Shown here one piece after another: positions 56,222-64,000 of a DNA stretch of 64,000 nt (position 1 is its first letter; each line of letters starts with the position of its first letter). Source of the DNA: a virus (lineage: Duplodnaviria; Caudoviricetes); IMG/VR virus record IMGVR_UViG_3300013121_000025, positions 1-64,000 of that record. One strand, written 5' to 3'. The notes beneath the pieces were generated by a model, which searched no databases, was not told the DNA's origin, and was given only the letters and a program-made list of their open reading frames with translations. The translations under genes and the position numbers were made by a program.

Positions 56222-57012
56222 TAATTAGTTACCTCTATTGTTTCTATATGAGCAGCCCATCTGATCGTTTTTCCGTTTTGCCCTTTTGTTTGTACTACTA
56301 ACGCACCATGTGTCGTGTCAGCTACGATATTTATGTCCCAAGGTCCGTTGCTTTCAGCAATAATATTTTTAACAATATTACCTTGGAGAGATGTTGTTGC
56401 TGCTCCTGCTGCTCTGTAAATAACTCCTTCAGCAGTATAACCAGCATGACCATCAGAAGCGTCGGTTCTATGACCTACTACGTATACTTTAAACATCCAT
56501 GTACTATCGTCAGGTAAAATAATTCGTTGTGTTTCATTTTCCCCATCAGCAAATAATTCGGTAAACGAATTATTTGTTGTTATATTACGAACAACATAAT
56601 TTCCACGCTGACAATCACCATTGTTGCCAAACATTCCTGACGAATGTGCCATACCGCCGTAAGCCCTGGTAATAGATTGAAACCCAAGTGCGATAGAATA
56701 ATCTTTTGGTGCTGATGTTGAATCACCAATTGCAATGCTATTAACACCAGTGGCTGACGGTGCACCAAATGTTAAGGCATTTTGAGCATATAAAGAAGGC
56801 GTGTCAATAGTATCAGCTTTTGCAGACCATTTATTAGTCCCTGATCCTGCAGACGTTTTAGTGTATAGTTCGCCCGTCGTTTTATCAGTATATACAGAAC
56901 CAACACCTGCTGTGTTAGTATCTGATGACAATCCTGGAGCCCCAGTACCACAAATCAAACGAATTTCGTCGTTGATTTCTAGTCCTCTGACAATTCTAAA
57001 AAAATCACTCAT
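56221..57012 (-). CDS. Tail structural protein
   Basis: G.GAP...GSVY.D...LY.K; C-terminal domain shared with 52028..56221. Confidence 0.72.
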   Translation of the reverse strand: MSDFFRIVRGLEINDEIRLICGTGAPGLSSDTNTAGVGSVYTDKTTGELYTKTSAGSGTNKWSAKADTIDTPSLYAQNALTFGAPSATGVNSIAIGDSTSAPKDYSIALGFQSITRAYGGMAHSSGMFGNNGDCQRGNYVVRNITTNNSFTELFADGENETQRIILPDDSTWMFKVYVVGHRTDASDGHAGYTAEGVIYRAAGAATTSLQGNIVKNIIAESNGPWDINIVADTTHGALVVQTKGQNGKTIRWAAHIETIEVTN

Positions 57013-57043
57013 TTATCTTTAGATGCTCCAATTCATTTAGTAT

Positions 57044-58129
57044 TTATAGCAATATCGGCATTCTAATCAAGTTAAAATGCACTTCGTCAGATGTGTTATT
57101 TGTTACAACACACACATATTTTCCATCAAATATGCTAACAGTAGTTGAGAGATTAAAAAATGATCCAACTATCGAAAATACTGTACCAGAGGCAGTAGTT
57201 GTGTTTTCTAATACAGCATTTACTTCATATGCCATAGAAGCGTTAGTTGTTGTATTAATAGCATTAACGATCCATTTCATACTTCTAACATCAAGTGTGC
57301 TTAATTTACCATCGATTATTTTTGTTTTTCCTGGTAATATAGTATTGTCGGAAGGGGTCCAAATAAAATCTTCGAGTGGACAATTATCATATACATCAGA
57401 GTTTTGAACAGGTACGCGTGATACATCGACTCGAACAGTATTTCCTGAATTATTAACTAGATTTAAAATTACATAATCACTATCAGTTGTAACAGTAACA
57501 TCAAAATTGGATATAAAAGTTTGTGAATATCCAAATACACTATATGTTACTGTTCCGGCATTATTTAAACAACATACTTGAACACCATCTCCATTACTAT
57601 TAGTATCGTATACAGCCACATTCCATCGTACAGCATTTACATTATTAATATCTACAACATCAATTGCTTCTGTAATTGAATCTGGTACCAAAGTACTAAC
57701 ACTTGACACTTTTACTTTCGCTAATGTTGGAATAGTGATGCAATCAGTTGGAACAGTTAAACGAGTAGCATATACAAACAAAGAAGACGATTCATTATTA
57801 GTGATGTCCACATATACTGTACCTGAAATAAGATCAACAGTAAGGTCGTAATTAATAGCATCACCCATAATATTATATTGATTATTGTATGGAGTAACAG
57901 AATTATGAGTGACTAACATTTCGAATACTTGCATTTTTGAATCATCTGGCAAATTAAGCAATACTAGGTACTTTGCAGCACTTACTTCAGCGCATAAGAA
58001 ATCATCAAGATGTTCAGTATTTGTACTAAACACTAGTTCTTTAAGTGATACAGCAGGAATGTGGCGTGTTAGAGTAGTAGCATTTGCTGATGAAGGAGCA
58101 GAAGCAGGTTTTGCTATGATTATACTCAT
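57044..58129 (-). CDS. Structural protein with three internal beta-rich repeats
   Basis: Three units with (A/V/M)K(Y/W)...NN.S...V...R; AGTAAATA upstream. Confidence 0.65.
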   Translation of the reverse strand: MSIIIAKPASAPSSANATTLTRHIPAVSLKELVFSTNTEHLDDFLCAEVSAAKYLVLLNLPDDSKMQVFEMLVTHNSVTPYNNQYNIMGDAINYDLTVDLISGTVYVDITNNESSSLFVYATRLTVPTDCITIPTLAKVKVSSVSTLVPDSITEAIDVVDINNVNAVRWNVAVYDTNSNGDGVQVCCLNNAGTVTYSVFGYSQTFISNFDVTVTTDSDYVILNLVNNSGNTVRVDVSRVPVQNSDVYDNCPLEDFIWTPSDNTILPGKTKIIDGKLSTLDVRSMKWIVNAINTTTNASMAYEVNAVLENTTTASGTVFSIVGSFFNLSTTVSIFDGKYVCVVTNNTSDEVHFNLIRMPILL

Positions 58130-58150
58130 ATGATATTCTCTAACTATGTT

Positions 58151-58166
58151 TATTTACTAATAAATA
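58151..58166. promoter_or_regulatory. Back-to-back late promoter motifs
   Basis: AGTAAATA on - and AATAAATA on + between divergent genes. Confidence 0.55.
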
Positions 58167-58192
58167 TTTGGCAGGATGATGATATTATATTT

Positions 58193-58771
58193 ATGAAAAT
58201 TGTTACAGTACCTTTTTTTCAGAACGGAATACCAGCAATTGGCTTAACCCCTACCATAAGCATTTATGAATTGAGTGGTACTTTTCCCTATGCAAATACC
58301 TTGATAGTGTCAAATGATTCTTGTGATGAAATAGGATTAGGATGGTATAGATATAATTTTTCCACATACGATCCTACTAAGAATTATGTGTTTACAATTG
58401 ATGGAGGTAATACATTATCAACAGGGGATCGTTATAAGTGTGGTGGAAATGAGAGTTATGTTGAAGATATATCGTCTGAAGTTTGGAACGAAACGTTGAT
58501 TGATCATATCGATTCAGGATCGACAGGTGAGGTATTGGCACAAACAAAAGCAAACACAGCAACGTTAGTAGTCAATGAAGTAACAATTTTCACATTACTA
58601 GATACATTATTAAAATATCAACGAAATCGTACAAAAATTGATCTTCCAAACAATCAATTAATCATTTATGATGATGATTGTGTTACTCCTTTGACCACCT
58701 TTAACCTCAAAGACTTTAATGGTATGCCGAGTGTGGCCGAGGTTTGTGAAAGAATTCCAACGACTTGTTAA
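58193..58771 (+). CDS. Putative structural protein
   Basis: ATG 58193 after the late motif; GLTPTI.I, EIG.GWY.Y, NRTKID...IYDDD. Confidence 0.65.
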   Translation: MKIVTVPFFQNGIPAIGLTPTISIYELSGTFPYANTLIVSNDSCDEIGLGWYRYNFSTYDPTKNYVFTIDGGNTLSTGDRYKCGGNESYVEDISSEVWNETLIDHIDSGSTGEVLAQTKANTATLVVNEVTIFTLLDTLLKYQRNRTKIDLPNNQLIIYDDDCVTPLTTFNLKDFNGMPSVAEVCERIPTTC

Positions 58772-58773
58772 TT

Positions 58774-59247
58774 ATGTCAATTTTTAAGCATACATATAGT
58801 GGTTTAATAACAGGAGGTTTAGGGAATTCTGCTTGCTGTGGTTTAATAACTATGCAGTTTCATGTGTTTAAGTGTAAGATTGAAGTTATTGTTCCGTCAG
58901 GTGGTGGAGGAGGATCTTATCCATTAGCACCAGGACAAATACAAAATTTCTTTAAACCTGTAAATCCTGGCAAATTTCATATACCACGTGATACTTTGCA
59001 ACAAACAATTATTGTTAAAATAACAATGAACGGAAAAGTAACCACAAAAGAATATAAAACATACCCTGTAGTTGCGAAAATAATTGCAAAAATCATAAAT
59101 ATTAAAGACGTCACACGTGATGCTGTTAAAATTCGTGTGGATTACATAAAGAACAAATTCGATAATGTTATTGCTATTATTAAACGCATTAACAATAAAA
59201 AAGAATACATTACTCCTGATATCACCAATGTGAAGAATAAAGAATGA
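58774..59247 (+). CDS. Hypothetical protein
   Basis: LITGGLG, GGGGS; operon continuation. Confidence 0.65.
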   Translation: MSIFKHTYSGLITGGLGNSACCGLITMQFHVFKCKIEVIVPSGGGGGSYPLAPGQIQNFFKPVNPGKFHIPRDTLQQTIIVKITMNGKVTTKEYKTYPVVAKIIAKIINIKDVTRDAVKIRVDYIKNKFDNVIAIIKRINNKKEYITPDITNVKNKE

Positions 59248-60011
59248 CAATAACCGTAAATTCAAATGCTCCAACAGAAATATTGTTTGACCTCGAATTG
59301 GACGGGGTGTCAACTCTCACTCTATTAGAATGTAGATTTTGTATCCTAAGTGATGTGTCTATGTTTTTTTCATGTACTCGTGTAGGTGAAAAACAATATA
59401 GTGTTACTTTACCGATATTAACTATGCTCGAGAAAAATAAAACATACAAGTATGCAATTGAAGTAATTGCTGATAATTATTATTTTAAAGCATTAGAAGA
59501 TTCATTTACTGTTAAAGAAATTGTTACTAAGGCGACTGCTACTGTAACGAGTCCTGTGCCGTCTGCACCACCGTCTCCGAAAGAACCAGAGCCTACTTCT
59601 GCCACTACTCAGGAGCCAGAAAAGAAGGTCACAGAGCCTATCCCAATGGTGTTTAAACCAGGAAAACGCTCTTTTGAAATGGAACCAGTATCTGTTGACC
59701 AGCCATTAATTAAATCTGTATTATCAGATAAAAAAGATGAACAACCTTCATCTGAACCTGTAAAGCCACAGCTGCCTAAGAAGATTGAAAAGAAAGAACC
59801 AGAGAAAAAAGACACAGAAAAGAAAGAACATACAGAAACTGATAAGAAAGTGTTAGATGTTATCGATCAGCATAAGAAAGAAGAACGTAAAAAGGTTCAA
59901 GAATCAGTTTCCAAAGAAGTATTAGGCTTTTTAGAAAAGCATGAAAAATCTAAAAAGATAGAACAATTATTGCAAGAACATACCAAGAGTAAAAAACATG
60001 AATCTACTTGA
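59244..60011 (+). CDS. Hypothetical protein with Pro/Lys/Glu-rich C-terminal half
   Basis: ATGA coupling; IEVIADNYYF. Confidence 0.7.
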   Translation: MTITVNSNAPTEILFDLELDGVSTLTLLECRFCILSDVSMFFSCTRVGEKQYSVTLPILTMLEKNKTYKYAIEVIADNYYFKALEDSFTVKEIVTKATATVTSPVPSAPPSPKEPEPTSATTQEPEKKVTEPIPMVFKPGKRSFEMEPVSVDQPLIKSVLSDKKDEQPSSEPVKPQLPKKIEKKEPEKKDTEKKEHTETDKKVLDVIDQHKKEERKKVQESVSKEVLGFLEKHEKSKKIEQLLQEHTKSKKHEST

Positions 60012-60513
60012 AATGACCATTCCAGAATTAATTAATTCGACAGAAAATACATTCCCTGATACTGACAAACGTCAGAATGCGACTGCTGAAGTCAGAGTCG
60101 AAAACGTATCATTTGTTCCCACTTCTGGTGGTTTGATGATTAAATCTGAAGTTGTAAACACAAATAAAGGAAGTAGATATCACACAAGTGTGATGATCGA
60201 AAATGTTGAATTTCAGGAAACGTCGTCAAACGAAACTGTAACAATAAAAGGATCAGATGGAGCAGATCATTTTATTGTTCCGATTGATATTAACACCACA
60301 GACGTAAAAGTAAACTGTACGTGTTTAGATTTTGGATTTAGATTTGCTATTTGGAATTATAATAAAGATTCATTACTTGGACAAAAACCTGAACCTTATA
60401 AGAAAAAGCCTGACAGTAATCGTCCACCAGCTAATCCAAAACAAAGTCCAGGGGTTTGCAAACATCTTTTCAAAACATTCGACGAATTAAAAACACATAG
60501 TATTTTTAAGTAA
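59998..60513 (+). CDS. SWIM Zn-finger protein
   Basis: VKVNCTCLDF...GVCKH. Confidence 0.75.
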   Translation: MNLLEMTIPELINSTENTFPDTDKRQNATAEVRVENVSFVPTSGGLMIKSEVVNTNKGSRYHTSVMIENVEFQETSSNETVTIKGSDGADHFIVPIDINTTDVKVNCTCLDFGFRFAIWNYNKDSLLGQKPEPYKKKPDSNRPPANPKQSPGVCKHLFKTFDELKTHSIFK

Positions 60514-61612
60514 CAACTGTTATTTCGTGACCTTCACCATAACCCGGTAAAGACATATTGTAATATTGCTGTTCAATAATTCCAGGATGTAAATATTTGT
60601 CTCGACGTGTTAACTGACGGGAATTTATTTCATCCTTACTTACCACAAAAATAACATACTCAATTATCCATCCATGTTGTTTCGCAGTCATAACAAATTG
60701 CTGTCTTGATTTTTTAGACATATTAGTATTATCTAAAAAGATTGTATCAATACTATTATTATGTATCATTTCCATAAATCTAGCAAATGCTCTATTTTGA
60801 AATTTAGAATCTTTAGTTGACAATTGAAAACAGTATTCATATTGCTCTTTAGGATTCATAATAATATGTGGATCAGTATAGTACTCCAACCGTAAATCGT
60901 CCCAAGAAAAAGTAGCTGACGTTGCCGTTTTGTGGTTTTCAACATATGTTGATTTACCACTTCCTGATGGGCCAATTAAAACTACTAAACTTTTATTTTC
61001 AAGCATCTCATCGTTGTCAATAGCTTGAGGGAATGCAGTAATCCAATCTTCCACTTTCTGTAATTTTTGAAAATGATCGTCAGATATTCTTCCACGAGCA
61101 TCTGCTCTTAACATATCAAAGAAATTCTCTCTCAAATACAATTCTTTGAGAGTCAATGCAATATTATTGACTTTGTTTTTATCCTTCAATGAATATGGTA
61201 AATGATTTTCGATTAACCATGCAACAGGATAGAATAAGTGTTGAATAGGGTTTGGACACAATGAATCAAATTCATTGGTAAACTTTGTTAAGTAATCACG
61301 CCACATATTAGCACTGATTTTTTCATGTCCACCAAAACGATAGTATACTGATCCGTCTGGACGAGTAACTTCTTCTTTCGATTTTGGCTTACCTACATCA
61401 TGAAATGCCAAAGCAAGACCAACAATGACATCGTTTAATGACCATTCATTATAATTTTTGATTTTAAAGTATTCATCCACTACCATGTCTGTATGTATTG
61501 CTACATTAGCTTCTCTATGATAGGGTGAGTTTTCTTTAACATCCCTCATATTATTATACAATTCAGAAGGTTTAAAGTTATTTAAATACCAATTAGTAAA
61601 AATTTGTTTCAT
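60506..61612 (-). CDS. HD phosphohydrolase fused to a PNK-like P-loop kinase (AAA_33)
   Basis: PYHREANV..HT, FHDVGK, GHE..SA, AD..GR; GPSGSGKST, DNTN; promoter TTGACT-N17-TAAAAT at 61641-61669. Confidence 0.88.
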   Translation of the reverse strand: MKQIFTNWYLNNFKPSELYNNMRDVKENSPYHREANVAIHTDMVVDEYFKIKNYNEWSLNDVIVGLALAFHDVGKPKSKEEVTRPDGSVYYRFGGHEKISANMWRDYLTKFTNEFDSLCPNPIQHLFYPVAWLIENHLPYSLKDKNKVNNIALTLKELYLRENFFDMLRADARGRISDDHFQKLQKVEDWITAFPQAIDNDEMLENKSLVVLIGPSGSGKSTYVENHKTATSATFSWDDLRLEYYTDPHIIMNPKEQYEYCFQLSTKDSKFQNRAFARFMEMIHNNSIDTIFLDNTNMSKKSRQQFVMTAKQHGWIIEYVIFVVSKDEINSRQLTRRDKYLHPGIIEQQYYNMSLPGYGEGHEITVVT

Positions 61613-61669
61613 AATTCCACCTAATAATTTTATATAAATAATTTTATATCATATAATATAAAAAGTCAA

Positions 61670-62206
61670 ATGGAACAAATAATAACCAAACGAGACGCTA
61701 AAGAACGAGGATTAAAATTATTTTTTACTGGTGTTCCATGTAAAAAATATGGTCACATAAGTACTAGACGAGTTAGAGATGGTGTTTGCACAGATTGTGA
61801 TAAATTATACCAATCATCTCCATCTCGTCGTGATTATCACAGAAAAATATCATCGACGCCAAAATATATAGAACAGAGAAAACGATACAGGAATTCAATT
61901 AATCACACTATAGATTTTAAGAAACGAACAAGAGCAGTTCACCTTAAAAATAAATATAATTTATTAATCGAAGATGTAGTTGCGTTAGAAGAACAACAAA
62001 ATAATAAGTGTCTAATTTGTGATACTCCTTTTCCGTTTGACGAAAAATTACAAAAATTTACACATCATGTTGATCATTCACACACAACCGGAAAAGTTAG
62101 AGGATTATTATGTTCATGTTGTAATACATTATTAGGAATGGCTAAAGACAATATTACAATACTTCAAAATGCAATTAAATATTTGCAACACCACGATGTG
62201 GAATAA
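61670..62206 (+). CDS. Endonuclease VII-type (His-Me) homing endonuclease
   Basis: FFTGVPC..GH...R...C..C, QNNKCLIC, HVDHSH.TGKVRGLLC..CN..LG; TATAAATA at 61633; convergent with terL. Confidence 0.87.
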   Translation: MEQIITKRDAKERGLKLFFTGVPCKKYGHISTRRVRDGVCTDCDKLYQSSPSRRDYHRKISSTPKYIEQRKRYRNSINHTIDFKKRTRAVHLKNKYNLLIEDVVALEEQQNNKCLICDTPFPFDEKLQKFTHHVDHSHTTGKVRGLLCSCCNTLLGMAKDNITILQNAIKYLQHHDVE

Positions 62207-62207
62207 T

Positions 62208-63791
62208 TTATCCCATCATCATCGGTAATGGTTCATCATATCCACCATCGTCATCATCAGATTCTTCACCTGGAATTCTATATGTTTGTTTATCTACATC
62301 ATATGTGTATAACTTTTCAAATGCTCCTGTTTCATATGATGAGATTTCTTCTAAAATTCTAACCACAATTAAACATGCGCTGATACAATCATCTGTTGAT
62401 CCTAATTGTGCTTGATATGATCCGCGTTTTTTAACGAAGTTTTTAACTTCTGTGAATAGTATTTTTGAAAATAATGTGATTCTTCCACGCTCTAACATTT
62501 CTTTAAAGTTAATACAAGAACGAATCTTGGTACGAACGTTTGTATTCATTCCCATTTTGTTTCCGTTACTTTCTGATACAAGTTCAGCATAACTTGGTGG
62601 ATTCTCATCGTTCATATACAATGAAATTAATCCTTCACCTACACCATTATTTTCAATACTGAAATATGTAGTACATCCACGTTGTTCAAATACATTTATT
62701 AACCATTTTAGTTTTGTATATAACGTACTTGATGACATTGTGTTTGTTCGAATTTCGGCTACTTGTTCCATCGAAGGAAAGTGGAAACATTCAATTACAC
62801 TATAATCACTACCTGATCCAGTCGAAGGATCGACACCGACTAGATAAGTCTCGCCTGCTTTTGGATCTCTCCAAAACGTGAATCCGTTAATTACCTTTGA
62901 TGGAGTTCCTTTTACTTTATTTTCAATTGCTTGTGTAATTGTAGTATCAATTAATAAAGCATCAGAAGATAAGAATTCACAAAGAAATTCTTGCCTCCAA
63001 CGTAATTCCCCTATAATAGCAATTTGTTGTTGCTTGAATTTATCATCTCGGCCTGGTGGTTCGTTCCATTCTACTTTTTGAGATGCGAACGCAATTTGTT
63101 GTTCTGCTTCACCTACAATGTTTCCTGCTTCTGCGGATCTCCAAATTTGGGCAAATAAATTACTATCACCGTTAGGGGTTGAAGTTACGATGCAACTACC
63201 ACCTGTCGATAATGTAGGAGAAATAGAAGTCCAAAACGCGTCTTGCACATTTGGCGGAACAAAGGCAAACTCGTCTAAGAACAATAGAGAAATTGCCATA
63301 CCGCGACCAGAATCTTCTGATGTAGCTGTCGAGATGATACGTGATCCATTATCAAAACCAATAGCATGTTTATTCCATCCATCTTCTGTCACCCCTGGTT
63401 TTAGCCACGATGGTAATTCTTCATAAGCATATTGAATACGATAAATCATCTCCATCGCACCAGCGTTTTTGTTAGATGCGATTAGAATAGTTTTATCATC
63501 ATGAAACATTGCATACCATAACAAATATATTGCTGATGTTGCACTTTTTCCTGTTTGTCTCGCTGATAATACTACACTAAATCTATTCTCTTGGTATAGT
63601 TTTATCATTTTTTCTTGATATGGATATAATACAAATGGAATTGAACCCTTTACAGGATGACGTACTTTAATATATTTTTTACAAAAATATACAACGTCTT
63701 CTGCACAACGTTTTAGTTCTTCAATTTGTTCTAATGTATACGACGTGCGTTGATTAGCAGCTTTTATACGTTCATTCTTTTTTCTTGCCAT
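62208..63791 (-). CDS. terL: Terminase large subunit (T4 gp17-like)
   Basis: LYPYQ, ARQTGKS, LDEFAF, TSTPNG, QEFLCEF, GVDPSTG, DDC. Confidence 0.95.
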   Translation of the reverse strand: MARKKNERIKAANQRTSYTLEQIEELKRCAEDVVYFCKKYIKVRHPVKGSIPFVLYPYQEKMIKLYQENRFSVVLSARQTGKSATSAIYLLWYAMFHDDKTILIASNKNAGAMEMIYRIQYAYEELPSWLKPGVTEDGWNKHAIGFDNGSRIISTATSEDSGRGMAISLLFLDEFAFVPPNVQDAFWTSISPTLSTGGSCIVTSTPNGDSNLFAQIWRSAEAGNIVGEAEQQIAFASQKVEWNEPPGRDDKFKQQQIAIIGELRWRQEFLCEFLSSDALLIDTTITQAIENKVKGTPSKVINGFTFWRDPKAGETYLVGVDPSTGSGSDYSVIECFHFPSMEQVAEIRTNTMSSSTLYTKLKWLINVFEQRGCTTYFSIENNGVGEGLISLYMNDENPPSYAELVSESNGNKMGMNTNVRTKIRSCINFKEMLERGRITLFSKILFTEVKNFVKKRGSYQAQLGSTDDCISACLIVVRILEEISSYETGAFEKLYTYDVDKQTYRIPGEESDDDDGGYDEPLPMMMG

Positions 63792-63794
63792 TGT

Positions 63795-64000
63795 TTAATC
63801 CCATCTCGCCTCGAACTCACGTTCATATGTTCTATATGATAGCATAGTTTGAAAACGTTTATAATCATGTGTTACGAAATTGTTAATAGAGGATGGTAAA
63901 TAAAATTTAACTACATTTGGTTGTTGATACCATACTTCTTTTAGAAAATCACGTATTAAGATTTCTTTAGGTTCGTGTGTTGTAAAAAAATTAACCCCTG
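63795..64000 (-). CDS. 3' end of a gene running off the window edge
   Basis: Open frame ending ...SYRTYEREFEARWD*, just upstream of terL. Confidence 0.55.
   Translation of the reverse strand, partial: GVNFFTTHEPKEILIRDFLKEVWYQQPNVVKFYLPSSINNFVTHDYKRFQTMLSYRTYEREFEARWD

Noticed and set aside
52028-56300. DGR template/variable repeat between similar 3' ends of tail genes
   Set aside because: Differences are not adenine-specific, both copies are coding, and no reverse transcriptase is in the window.
44081-57407. Many + strand ORFs within the tail module
   Set aside because: Antisense shadows of Ser/Thr/Ala-rich - strand genes.
1-64000. Stop-codon reassignment; tRNA or rRNA genes
   Set aside because: Conserved genes are intact in the standard code and TAA, TGA and TAG all end genes. 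No tRNA-like structure was recognised by eye; tRNAscan was not run.

Overview
A 64-kb, AT-rich segment of a large T4-superfamily-like (jumbo-type) bacteriophage genome in the standard genetic code. The host is probably proteobacterial, inferred from sigma70-type promoters and PbpG- and GlpD-like genes. Left to right it holds: (i) an odd, GC-richer, mostly non-coding stretch (1-780) packed with strand-biased GGTC/AGGTCCT motifs, next to divergent sigma70 promoters (1230-1745); (ii) a + strand block of small early/accessory genes (1.8-9 kb); (iii) a mainly - strand metabolic block with PbpG, GlpD, Nudix, QueE, QueD, a purine PRTase, a DEDD exonuclease, a dUTPase/dCTP deaminase, a TGT-fold DpdA-like protein, a second QueD-like (DpdL-like) protein, thioredoxin, an alpha/beta hydrolase and a P-loop kinase, together predicting 7-deazaguanine DNA modification; (iv) replication/recombination genes (two-piece mini DNA Pol III alpha, clamp loader, UvsW, UvsY, UvsX, gp32-type SSB), two GroES, an intein-bearing nucleotidyltransferase and a PvuII-like nuclease; (v) a ~17-kb tail-fibre/adhesin module; (vi) an HD-PNK fusion, an EndoVII-type homing nuclease and the large terminase. 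T4-like late promoters (xATAAATA) precede structural and nuclease genes. All calls come from reading motifs by eye; no database searches were run.
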